Shown: one piece after another, positions 54,104 through 62,851 of the stretch
Layout: each line of letters starts with the position of its first letter
Numbering within the stretch: position 1 is the first letter of the stretch
IMG/VR virus record: IMGVR_UViG_3300035682_000026
DNA: 64,000 nucleotides
Reading direction: 5' to 3' (one strand)
Source: an uncultured virus (IMG/VR IMGVR_UViG_3300035682_000026)
Lineage: Duplodnaviria > Heunggongvirae > Uroviricota > Caudoviricetes
Notes under the pieces: model-generated
What the model saw: only the letters and a program-made list of their open reading frames with translations
What the model was told of the DNA's origin: nothing
The model's database searches: none
Position numbers and translations under genes: made by a program

Positions 54104-54448
54104 TTATTGGTTACATTTGCAATTTCCACCACATTCACATGGGTTATCATCAGGTGTTATTTCTTCATCTAGGACATCCATTTCCGCAGCTATTGAAAAC
54201 TGTTCTTTAATGTCCGCTATCATTTGTGTTACTTTTGCCATATCAGGCTCTGCCATAACTACAGGGTTAATACATTCGATTCTTTCTTCACCACGTGTTG
54301 GTAAAAAGAAAGCAACTGCGTTAGCATCTTTCTGTGTTATCACATCATTAACCATATCAACAAATGGTTGTGCAATTTCTCTATTGCTTAATAATTCTAT
54401 ATCTAAATAGAATACGAGTACTAATGGGTGTTGTTTTTCTTCTGCCAT
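54104..54448 (-). CDS. hypothetical protein
   Basis: 114 aa, C-terminal CECGGNCKC. Confidence 0.65.
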   Translation of the reverse strand: MAEEKQHPLVLVFYLDIELLSNREIAQPFVDMVNDVITQKDANAVAFFLPTRGEERIECINPVVMAEPDMAKVTQMIADIKEQFSIAAEMDVLDEEITPDDNPCECGGNCKCNQ

Positions 54449-54451
54449 TTT

Positions 54452-54694
54452 TTAATTGTTTATTAATTCCTCAAAGGTAACTTCTTTGATTATGTCTTCT
54501 AGAGCGATTTCTAGGTCAAAATTATCAACGATAAGTTCATTTACTCTCATGTCTTTAGATTCTTTACCAAGTTCGCTGTAACACGCTAATTTAACGTCAT
54601 TTTCCATTAAGTAAACTAAATATTCACTAACAAGTCTATTTTTATGTATTTTGCTGTGTAATTGGTCTACTTCTTTAATAAGTATTGATTTCAT
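54452..54694 (-). CDS. hypothetical protein
   Basis: 80 aa ORF. Confidence 0.6.
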   Translation of the reverse strand: MKSILIKEVDQLHSKIHKNRLVSEYLVYLMENDVKLACYSELGKESKDMRVNELIVDNFDLEIALEDIIKEVTFEELINN

Positions 54695-54797
54695 AGGTTT
54701 TTTATTTTTATATTCAAATTTACTGAAAATAAAAATATGTGTAAATACTAAAAACGAAAAAAACCCACATTTCTGTGAGTTTCTTTTTTCTTTGTTC

Positions 54798-54933
54798 CAA
54801 GATAGGGGGGCATTTTTTTCTTCTAACCCTGTTAAGAAGCTTTCCCATTAAATAAAATTGTTAGAGGATTGGGTACCTACGGATTTCAAGTTTAGTTAAA
54901 TTTTTTGTGTGTTTGGTTGCAGCACTTATCTTT
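54798..54933 (-). ncRNA. CWGCAA-stem ncRNA, copy F
   Basis: AAGATAA-GTG-CTGCAA...CTATCTT-G; starts ~15 nt after the DUF2828 stop. Confidence 0.65.
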
Positions 54934-54947
54934 TATGAACAAATATA

Positions 54948-56387
54948 TTATACTGTAATCGCAGAGTAACGCTCTGAATCAATTACATTCATCATCATTG
55001 AGTATGGACTCATATCTTTTCCACCCAATAGATTTGATAATAGTGATGGCGAAAATCCACTAACGAGGCAAGTCCCATTTTTATCAAATTGAACTGGTTT
55101 GTTAGAGTCGTTTCTAGAATGGATATTCCAGTAAACAATTTTTGGCATCACATAACCTGCTTCAGCATACAATTTTTCAAAAGTTTCTTGTGCAGTAGAG
55201 TCCCAATTTCCTCTAGTACCAGCATTGAATTCCATATCCGAAAGGATAAGAATCATTGTTGGCATTTCACTTTCTTGAACATTGCTATCAATAGCTTTTT
55301 TCAAAATTAAATTAAATACAGCTTCAACATTAGTTGACATATCCCATGCAGCGTTTTCTAATTGACTGTATCTTTCAGAAAGAGAACCTTTAAGGATTTG
55401 TAATTCTGGTCTGTTTGAGAAAGTAATAAACGCATCTTGAAACATACCTATATTTCTTTCAGATATGTATAATCCCAATGAGATTGCTACATCCATACAT
55501 GTTACACTTTGGCTGTTACCAGCAGAGCATGACATAGACCCAGAAACGTCAACAACTGGAAGGAATCTTTCATTGTTAGACTCCAAGAAGTTTGGCAATG
55601 CGTTCCATTGAGCGTTAGCACCTTTCACATTGTCTTGTTTAAGGTTTTTGATAACATCATATGGGTACAAAGCACCAGCATTGATTTTAGCTTCACCTTT
55701 TTCAACACTTGTTAAGTATTCTTGAAAACGAGCCAAGTCGTTTTTAGAAAAGGCTTTCATCAAATCACTCATTGCTTTTGAAGGCAATTTAGAGTATTCT
55801 ATTTTAGTCCATTCTCTAGCACACATCAATTGCTCAACAGTGTTAGAGTTTTCAACAAGTAACTTACGGTACTCTTTTGGAGATAACCCTAAGTGTTTTC
55901 TAAGTGTATTAGCTTGTCTTTTAGCATCACGGCTAGCAACGTTTGGACGTGGCATCCATTTGCATGCTAACCCATTTTTAGCGTTTAACGCTTCAGTGAT
56001 TATAGTTAATGCTTGATTCTCCAATGGAGTACCAAATAACACTAACATATCATCCCATCTACCAAATTCTGAAATAAGGTGTAGGTTTTTACCTAATACT
56101 TCTGTACGGTTCTCAGCCAAGTAAGAGATTATATCTTTAAATATTTGTCTTTCACCAGCACCACCACGTACATCTCTGGCCCAAAATAATAAACGCATAG
56201 CAGTCAATGGATTTTCTCCAAATGCTTTCGTAAATACATTAATTAGACGAGTTTTGTCAGCACCTCTCATTGCACCAATCTGGAAGAATAAATCTACACA
56301 GTGGTTTAATGATGACGAGTTAGTAACCATACCGTTTTCAGTAAGTGAATTTTTAGTTTGCATTGCAGATAATAATGAATTTCCCAT
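54948..56387 (-). CDS. DUF2828-family protein (TROVE/Ro60-like helical region plus vWA domain)
   Basis: TENG, RDVRGGAGER, GRWDD, KWMPR, VDVSGSM (MIDAS), SDMEF, YWN, VSGFS. Confidence 0.85.
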   Translation of the reverse strand: MGNSLLSAMQTKNSLTENGMVTNSSSLNHCVDLFFQIGAMRGADKTRLINVFTKAFGENPLTAMRLLFWARDVRGGAGERQIFKDIISYLAENRTEVLGKNLHLISEFGRWDDMLVLFGTPLENQALTIITEALNAKNGLACKWMPRPNVASRDAKRQANTLRKHLGLSPKEYRKLLVENSNTVEQLMCAREWTKIEYSKLPSKAMSDLMKAFSKNDLARFQEYLTSVEKGEAKINAGALYPYDVIKNLKQDNVKGANAQWNALPNFLESNNERFLPVVDVSGSMSCSAGNSQSVTCMDVAISLGLYISERNIGMFQDAFITFSNRPELQILKGSLSERYSQLENAAWDMSTNVEAVFNLILKKAIDSNVQESEMPTMILILSDMEFNAGTRGNWDSTAQETFEKLYAEAGYVMPKIVYWNIHSRNDSNKPVQFDKNGTCLVSGFSPSLLSNLLGGKDMSPYSMMMNVIDSERYSAITV

Positions 56388-56470
56388 AACGTTAAATTTT
56401 AAGTTTGTTTTTTAATTGAGTGCAAAGATATAACATTTATACACTAATACCAAGTTTTTTTTGAATTATT

Positions 56471-56998
56471 TTAAATAAAATTTCTAACGTATTGATTTCT
56501 ATGGTATTTACATACACCTTTTTCTTTAATTGCAGCTATATGTGATGGTGATAAGTATCCTTTATTGCTATCCCAATCATATATTGGGAATAATTGATGT
56601 AACTTAACCATATATTCATCACGTCTAACCTTAGCAACAATTGCTGCAGCGGCAATCGATAAATAAGTATCATCACCTTTAGGTACTAATTCAACTCTAA
56701 TATCACCAATATTATCCCAAACGGTTCCATCTAATAATATATAATCTGGTGTTATTGATAATTCGTCAATACATTTATGCATAACTTTGAACGTGGCGGG
56801 ATTTATGCCAAGTTCATCTATATCAGATACAGAACCAGCATTACAAGATATGGCTAACGCATTATCAATAATTAATTGGTATGCTTCTAATCTTTGTTTT
56901 TCCGTAAGTTTTTTTGAATCTCGTAATAACGGTGATGAAAAACCCTTAGGTAATATCACAGCAGCAGTTACTACTGGACCAGCACCACAACCTCTACC
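56471..56998 (-). CDS. rnhB: RNase HII, main part (frame disrupted after GIDEVG)
   Basis: GRGCGAGPV, RDSKKL, LLDG, KGD, SIAAAAIVAKVRRD, NKGY. Confidence 0.85.
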   Translation of the reverse strand, partial: GRGCGAGPVVTAAVILPKGFSSPLLRDSKKLTEKQRLEAYQLIIDNALAISCNAGSVSDIDELGINPATFKVMHKCIDELSITPDYILLDGTVWDNIGDIRVELVPKGDDTYLSIAAAAIVAKVRRDEYMVKLHQLFPIYDWDSNKGYLSPSHIAAIKEKGVCKYHRNQYVRNFI

Positions 56999-57000
56999 AA

Positions 57001-57084
57001 TTAGCCCACCTCGTCAATGCCGCAGATAAAATCTAATTCGGCTAGACGAGGTGGAGCATATTCTAAAATTTTATTTAATTTCAT
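57001..57084 (-). CDS. rnhB: RNase HII N-terminal part MKLNKILEYAPPRLAELDFICGIDEVG*
   Basis: Carries the catalytic DE motif; stop directly after the Gly codon. Confidence 0.75.
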   Translation of the reverse strand: MKLNKILEYAPPRLAELDFICGIDEVG

Positions 57085-57325
57085 TTCTTTTTTTAATTAT
57101 ATAATCATAAATTCCCCAACCAGATACTAGAACCCAAGTAGCCTCTAAAATTATAAATGGTGTATATTTTATTAGAATTGAGGCGATGCACGCTAAAATA
57201 CCACCAAATAAGTTTAGTAATATATAAAAAATATTATCATTGTCTAATTTATCAACAATGTTTAAAACAAAGCCAAATAACATCATTGTTACACCTATTG
57301 AACCTATTATATCATTTATTTCCAT
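57071..57325 (-). CDS. three-TM small membrane protein
   Basis: Hydrophobic helices, Y-xx-LN-xx-G. Confidence 0.65.
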   Translation of the reverse strand: MEINDIIGSIGVTMMLFGFVLNIVDKLDNDNIFYILLNLFGGILACIASILIKYTPFIILEATWVLVSGWGIYDYIIKKRNEIK

Positions 57326-57359
57326 AATGCAAAGTTACATAAATAATTTAAACTTACAA

Positions 57360-57590
57360 CTATTCTTCTTCTTTTTTTATAAATTTAACAACAATCCCAT
57401 CAAAATCAGCTTCAAATTCATCAGTAAGTATTGGGTTATCAGTAATTGGATTGGATTTATAAAATAACAACTCATTCATTGCTTTATGATTTTTTGGTGT
57501 TAACTCATAAGTTAAGGTTAACCCATTTTTGTAAATTGTTTCATCATCTAGTATTGATGTTACGGTTTCTATTAAATTTTCGTATGTCAT
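57360..57590 (-). CDS. hypothetical protein
   Basis: 76 aa ORF. Confidence 0.6.
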   Translation of the reverse strand: MTYENLIETVTSILDDETIYKNGLTLTYELTPKNHKAMNELLFYKSNPITDNPILTDEFEADFDGIVVKFIKKEEE

Positions 57591-57591
57591 T

Positions 57592-57819
57592 TTAAAATTT
57601 TGTAAATATTTTTTTCAACCATATCATTAATTTTTCATATTTGGTTTTTTTAATTATTTTAGCTCTTCCTGGATTTTTTTTGATTTCTTCACCTAACCCT
57701 GTTTTTATATCTGTAATTAGTTCTCGTTTTCGTTTATCATTGTTTTGAGCCATCAAAACTTTTTCTTTCTGAGTTTGTTCAAGTTCTATACTTAATTCAT
57801 CTTTATTTACTCGTATCAT
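57592..57819 (-). CDS. hypothetical protein
   Basis: ORF starting MIRVNK. Confidence 0.55.
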   Translation of the reverse strand: MIRVNKDELSIELEQTQKEKVLMAQNNDKRKRELITDIKTGLGEEIKKNPGRAKIIKKTKYEKLMIWLKKIFTKF

Positions 57820-57912
57820 AATTATATTTTTGATAAATATAATAAAAAAAACAGTTTTGTCAATATAAATATTTACTAATAGCGTTATAAACACTATATT
57901 TGAATAAAAATT

Positions 57913-58245
57913 ATGACAACACTTATTTTTATCCTTATTTGTTACGGAGCTTGTAACAATTTAATTTACGGTTCTCTATTCGAAGGATATAGAGATTTTT
58001 TAGCAAAATTTGGTACTGGTGGTTATAGCTTGTATAAATTATTCACATGTTTTATGTGTTTAGGTACATGGATGGGATTTGCAGTATCAGGTATTCTTTA
58101 TTACTATGGTTTTGAGCATTTAACACCTATGGGTGCTATTACTTTGCCATGGTTAATGATTTTTATGAATGGTTTGGTTTCAACTGCTGGTGTATGGTTA
58201 ATCCACACACTACAGGAAGCTTTAGAATCAATATCAAACGAATAA
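57913..58245 (+). CDS. DUF1360-like membrane protein
   Basis: LFTCFMCLGTW motif with TM helices. Confidence 0.65.
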   Translation: MTTLIFILICYGACNNLIYGSLFEGYRDFLAKFGTGGYSLYKLFTCFMCLGTWMGFAVSGILYYYGFEHLTPMGAITLPWLMIFMNGLVSTAGVWLIHTLQEALESISNE

Positions 58246-58301
58246 TCATATACGAATACCATTAAATAAAAAAGAGCCCTTAAAAAGGCTCTTTTTTTGT
58301 T

Positions 58302-59072
58302 TTAGTATTTTGAATCGATGCAACGGTCACAAGCTTCATCTGGTCCACATTCACAATCACCACCATAATCAATAGTTGTTTCTAGTACTGGTTTACGTTT
58401 TGGTGGTAGTTCCACTTTATTTGCAATTTTTTTACTAGTATTGTTTTTGTTTTTACTATCTAAGTATTTGCGATTTTGTTCGGCTCTAGCTTCTTCAGCT
58501 AATAATTCCATATCATCTTCACTTAGTTCAATTGGTTTGCCATCTTCATCTAAATATGCAGTATGTTCAATAGATATTGGAGTTGATTCCACTTCTTCGT
58601 ACTCATCAGTAACGCTATACTCTTCTGGTATTAAATTTTCTGATGGTAATGGTTGTGGTATTAATTCTTCTTCATCAAAATCATCCATATCAAATTCTGT
58701 TAAAGTGGGTACCAAATCTTCTTCAGCAAAGGTAAATTTAAGACATTTAAGTTTATCTAGAGATGTTTTTTTAAAGACTTCTTTTAACTCATTAAATTTT
58801 ACTTTAAGTAAATCATGTTTTTTTTCTCTTTCTATATTTAACTTTATAGTTTTATCAACAAAAGCTAATAATTCATCTAGACCAACACCAGGAATTTCAC
58901 TAAGTAACATGAAATAATTCATATCATCATTCCCTTTAATCTTTTTTATCTTTGGGTCATCTGGAACATTCCAACCTTCTTTAAATACAGCATCAACAAG
59001 AGGAGTTCCTTCAAGGTAGCGTATCCCAATTACATATGGTTGAAGTGAATCAAGAGTTTTTTGTATATTCAT
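58302..59072 (-). CDS. hypothetical protein
   Basis: 256 aa, acidic middle, Cys-rich end. Confidence 0.7.
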   Translation of the reverse strand: MNIQKTLDSLQPYVIGIRYLEGTPLVDAVFKEGWNVPDDPKIKKIKGNDDMNYFMLLSEIPGVGLDELLAFVDKTIKLNIEREKKHDLLKVKFNELKEVFKKTSLDKLKCLKFTFAEEDLVPTLTEFDMDDFDEEELIPQPLPSENLIPEEYSVTDEYEEVESTPISIEHTAYLDEDGKPIELSEDDMELLAEEARAEQNRKYLDSKNKNNTSKKIANKVELPPKRKPVLETTIDYGGDCECGPDEACDRCIDSKY

Positions 59073-59078
59073 AGTTTT

Positions 59079-59294
59079 TTATTTTAGTGTTATACCTGTA
59101 AATAAGCTTGATAAAATATACGCAATAGAAACACCTAATAAAAGTAATGATATTTTTGAAATTCTGTACTTAACTGGAGTATCCTCAGTGGATGAGAAAA
59201 ATGCTTGAATAAAATAATAACCATGTCTAAAAGTAGTTAGACAAGACAAAAAGAAACAAATCATCAATATTTTATTAGATATTTCTATTAACAT
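59079..59294 (-). CDS. small membrane protein
   Basis: Two hydrophobic helices. Confidence 0.55.
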   Translation of the reverse strand: MLIEISNKILMICFFLSCLTTFRHGYYFIQAFFSSTEDTPVKYRISKISLLLLGVSIAYILSSLFTGITLK

Positions 59295-59298
59295 AATA

Positions 59299-59472
59299 TT
59301 ATTGTTTGTTTTTTTCTGAAACTTCGTTTCTCATTGTTTGAGATAAACCTTTAATTTCTTGTAAGGCTTTTCTAACTCTTACACCAGCAGCTTTGTTATC
59401 TTTTTCGTAAAACTTTGTTACGTCTTCTTCCATACTTGCTACTAATGCTTTTAATTCATTAAAATTTTCCAT
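59299..59472 (-). CDS. histone H1-like (Hc1-type) protein
   Basis: KFYEKDNKAAGVRVRKALQEIK. Confidence 0.8.
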   Translation of the reverse strand: MENFNELKALVASMEEDVTKFYEKDNKAAGVRVRKALQEIKGLSQTMRNEVSEKNKQ

Positions 59473-59494
59473 TTTTTTCTTTTTTTTTTAAATG

Positions 59495-59707
59495 TTATTG
59501 TATTGTATCTTCATTACGAAACATATTATTAAATTTTGCTAACTTATTTTCAGCTAATAATAAATTGCCTAATTGAGCCTTAGCGTTATTAATTTTAATA
59601 TCTAACAAATCTGAAGAATTAATGGTTTTTTCCAAAGCTTCTTCTGCTTTTAGAATATCTGAAGTTAACTCCATAACCATAATTTGCATAAATCTATTCG
59701 TTTCCAT
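59495..59707 (-). CDS. hypothetical protein
   Basis: 70 aa ORF. Confidence 0.55.
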   Translation of the reverse strand: METNRFMQIMVMELTSDILKAEEALEKTINSSDLLDIKINNAKAQLGNLLLAENKLAKFNNMFRNEDTIQ

Positions 59708-59759
59708 AATTGTAAAGCTACTACATATTTTACAAAACTAAATAGTAAAAGGGTTTTTT

Positions 59760-60227
59760 TTATAATATTTTTAGGGATTTTTCGAATATAGTATATATTT
59801 CGGTAAGTGCGTCAATATCTGAATTGGTTTTAATTTTATCATAATCAAAAATATCTATCCATAGTTTACATATTTTTTTATCAATACCTAATTCATTTTT
59901 ATTTGTTATTTGATAATAAACTTCTAGCATAAATTCTAAAAAATATTCATATAAAATATTAGTTTCAAAATCTAAACCCTCCTCAACAAAATTTTGTATT
60001 GTTTTTTGCCATGCCCATTCGAAGTGTTTGAATTGGTCTTCTAAAGAGGTAACATCGTCACCCATATAAGTATCAAAAATAGTTATAATAAGAGAAAGTG
60101 CGAAATCACTATATAATTCGCACTTCTCATATTTTATATTGTTTTCTTTATAGAATAACATCATATCCTCTTTACTCATAGGGTTATTGATGTAGCCTAG
60201 AAAACTATTTTTGTTAAATTTATCCAT
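59760..60227 (-). CDS. hypothetical protein
   Basis: 155 aa ORF. Confidence 0.65.
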   Translation of the reverse strand: MDKFNKNSFLGYINNPMSKEDMMLFYKENNIKYEKCELYSDFALSLIITIFDTYMGDDVTSLEDQFKHFEWAWQKTIQNFVEEGLDFETNILYEYFLEFMLEVYYQITNKNELGIDKKICKLWIDIFDYDKIKTNSDIDALTEIYTIFEKSLKIL

Positions 60228-60276
60228 TAATTATTCTTTTTTATAATTATATTAAAAAGAATCAAAAAATAAATAC

Positions 60277-60891
60277 TTAAGTTGTTAACCAACCGTAATA
60301 TTTTTTAGTTTTTGCTGCTCTATCTTCTAAACCGTGTGTACCACCGTTAACTCTTTTTGTTAAAGCTAGGATTGATGCATCACTAACTCCTTTGTCACAG
60401 ATTGACCATAATTTGTTTTTATCAAAGAAAAACTTAGCAGATTCAAAAGCTAATTCAGTAGCAACAATATCTGGATTTGTTAATACATCAGGTCTTTTAA
60501 TACTTTCAGAAAATTGTTTGTAGTTATCTTTACCTGTTAATTGGATTGCTCCACGACCTCTAAATTTGTAACCATCTTTTGATGCTTCATTTCCATTACC
60601 CATTCTATCAGCATATACTCTAGATGCTATTTTCTCTGGTTGTCTAGCATAAGACTCTTCTAAAGTACCTGGAAAGTATTTTCCAAAGATATCTTGTAAT
60701 CCTTTTGCTGAATAGTTAAGATTTTCAGTGAATATTTTAAAATCACCTGTCTCATGTCCGCATTGTGCAAAGAAATGTGCAGCTCTTGCTGGTGTTAATT
60801 TGTAGTAAGCCATTGCTGCTTTAAGTGTTCCAGGACCAAAAGCTCCATCAGCTTTTACACCTAATTTTTCTTGTAGTTTAGTTAAACTCAT
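60277..60891 (-). CDS. GH19 endolysin with N-terminal peptidoglycan-binding motif
   Basis: DGAFGPGT; AQCGHET, FRGRGAIQLTGKDNY, VNGGTHGLEDR. Confidence 0.92.
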   Translation of the reverse strand: MSLTKLQEKLGVKADGAFGPGTLKAAMAYYKLTPARAAHFFAQCGHETGDFKIFTENLNYSAKGLQDIFGKYFPGTLEESYARQPEKIASRVYADRMGNGNEASKDGYKFRGRGAIQLTGKDNYKQFSESIKRPDVLTNPDIVATELAFESAKFFFDKNKLWSICDKGVSDASILALTKRVNGGTHGLEDRAAKTKKYYGWLTT

Positions 60892-60992
60892 AGTTTTATT
60901 TTTAAAAAATTGTTATTGTTATTCATTTAATAAATATCTTTAAAACAAAAAAGCTACCCGAATGAGTAGCTTTTTTTATTTATGTTTTAATA

Positions 60993-61292
60993 TTAGTATT
61001 CATGTGGTGGGAAAGGAACAGAATCAATAAATTTATCATTATCTTTTTCTATCATGTATTTAATATAATCTAAATCATCAGATTTTATAAATCTTTCTTC
61101 AGAATCAGAATAATATACATACATACCACTTGGGAATAATCTGTTGATGTGTTTTCCTTTATAGGTAATTACATCGTCTTTATCTTCTTCCTCAGAATAT
61201 ACGGGTTGAGTTTTTAATTTCTCTTCTCTATCTTCTGGTGCTAATTTGTTTAAGACATTATCATTACTATACCCCTGTGGACCTTCATCCAT
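60993..61292 (-). CDS. hypothetical ORF, possibly a -1 frame extension of 61307..62800
   Basis: Frame stays open back into an A10 run. Confidence 0.5.
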   Translation of the reverse strand: MDEGPQGYSNDNVLNKLAPEDREEKLKTQPVYSEEEDKDDVITYKGKHINRLFPSGMYVYYSDSEERFIKSDDLDYIKYMIEKDNDKFIDSVPFPPHEY

Positions 61293-61306
61293 CCAATGTT
61301 CTTTAA

Positions 61307-62800
61307 CTAATTTATTTTTTTTTTAGCTACGATTGGACCGTAATATACACCACCTAGTGTAACACCTTCAGACATGCTAACATGTTTTTTAGCATCAGCA
61401 GCTTGTGGTACGTTTATTTTATCCCATTCACCTGTTCCAGGAGCTGGAGCATAAGTTGTTTTTGATGGGTTACCATGAGCAGCACCTTGTGGTACATCAA
61501 TTTGGTCCCATTCTCCTTCTGGAGCTTTTTCACCTAATCCCATTCCAATTTTACCATCAACACTTCCTTCAACATGTTTCTTAGCTTCTGGAGCTTGTTT
61601 TTTAGCTGAATCTAACGCTTCTGGTGAAGTTGTTTTAACTTTTGGTGCTTGTGTGCCTTTATCAGTAGATACGCTTCCTTGGATGTCTTTTTTAGCTTCT
61701 TTAGCAACAGATACAGATTTACTAGCATCTTTTACTTCAGACGCATCTTGGTCTTCAATATCTTCACCTTCTAAAAGAGCTTTAGTTTTAGTATAGATAT
61801 CATTGAAGATAGCATTTTCATTAAGTCTAGCGTTACCTTTTACAAGACCAAGAGTTTTCTCAGATTTGTAACCCATAAGGTGTTTCATTTTTTGCATATC
61901 TTCGTTAACCATAGTTTTGTTAGCTGCAGTTAATACGATTGCTCTACCTTCAGAAAGAGTACCTTCCCAACGGATTTTGTATGATTCATTACCGTCAGCC
62001 ATTTCGAATACTTTGTTGTCTACTTTGTATGATTCAGGTATCATTTTCAATGCGTTTCCAACACCATTGAATTCTTTTTTGAAATTAAGTCTTTTCATTC
62101 CTTCTTTTATTTTTGGTTTATTATTATTATTTTTATTCTCTTCTTTTTGTTCTAATGGTTTTTTAGCATCGTCACTATTATTGAATTCATATTCATCTTC
62201 AGTACCATGTGGTTTATCATTTTCAATATCTTTGCTAGCTTGTTCTTTACCTTCAGATAAAGCTCCATGTTTACCAATTGGCTTAGACCCCTTAGGAACA
62301 GTTTCAATATCATCACCAAAGCTAATAACACTATCGGTAGCATCTTGTCTTTTCTTTGTAGAAGCTTTAATAGCTTTAACTAGGTTTTTACCAAATTCTG
62401 GGTCACCACCTTGTCCTTTTGCAACAACATTTGCCCATTCTGGGTTGTTTCCCATTCTAGAACTACCAGCTATAGCTTCTTCAGCTCTATCTTTAAATTC
62501 TTTGTTTGGGTCTCTATCATATTGAATCATTTCTTGACCATTCATAATTTCCATTTGGTCATGATATTCTTTTTCTTTATCACCGTTGTAATTAAACTTA
62601 TTAGCTGGCATTTTACCTGCTTTTTCTGTTTTTACAATAGCTTTTTCATAACCAGCTAACTCCTTGTCCATGTCTTTAACCCCAGCTTTGTTAATCTTTT
62701 CAGATTGTTTTTGAGCTTTTTTAGTTACATCAATACCAGGAGTGCTTTCTTCTTTTAAGAATCTAGCTATTAATTGATTTTTTATTATGTTTTTGTCCAT
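61307..62800 (-). CDS. probable virion/head-associated protein
   Basis: 497 aa, low complexity, repeated L/V-x-E sites, TATTTATAATAAA upstream. Confidence 0.65.
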   Translation of the reverse strand: MDKNIIKNQLIARFLKEESTPGIDVTKKAQKQSEKINKAGVKDMDKELAGYEKAIVKTEKAGKMPANKFNYNGDKEKEYHDQMEIMNGQEMIQYDRDPNKEFKDRAEEAIAGSSRMGNNPEWANVVAKGQGGDPEFGKNLVKAIKASTKKRQDATDSVISFGDDIETVPKGSKPIGKHGALSEGKEQASKDIENDKPHGTEDEYEFNNSDDAKKPLEQKEENKNNNNKPKIKEGMKRLNFKKEFNGVGNALKMIPESYKVDNKVFEMADGNESYKIRWEGTLSEGRAIVLTAANKTMVNEDMQKMKHLMGYKSEKTLGLVKGNARLNENAIFNDIYTKTKALLEGEDIEDQDASEVKDASKSVSVAKEAKKDIQGSVSTDKGTQAPKVKTTSPEALDSAKKQAPEAKKHVEGSVDGKIGMGLGEKAPEGEWDQIDVPQGAAHGNPSKTTYAPAPGTGEWDKINVPQAADAKKHVSMSEGVTLGGVYYGPIVAKKKIN

Positions 62801-62851
62801 CTTTAATTGGTTTTATTATAAATATCTAACTTTTTAATAAAGTTATAACTA

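Noticed and set aside
61917..62525. Long plus-strand ORFs opposite real genes (also 9213..9608, 43403..43762, 58441..58917)
   Set aside because: S/L/F-rich antisense shadows of well-supported minus-strand genes.
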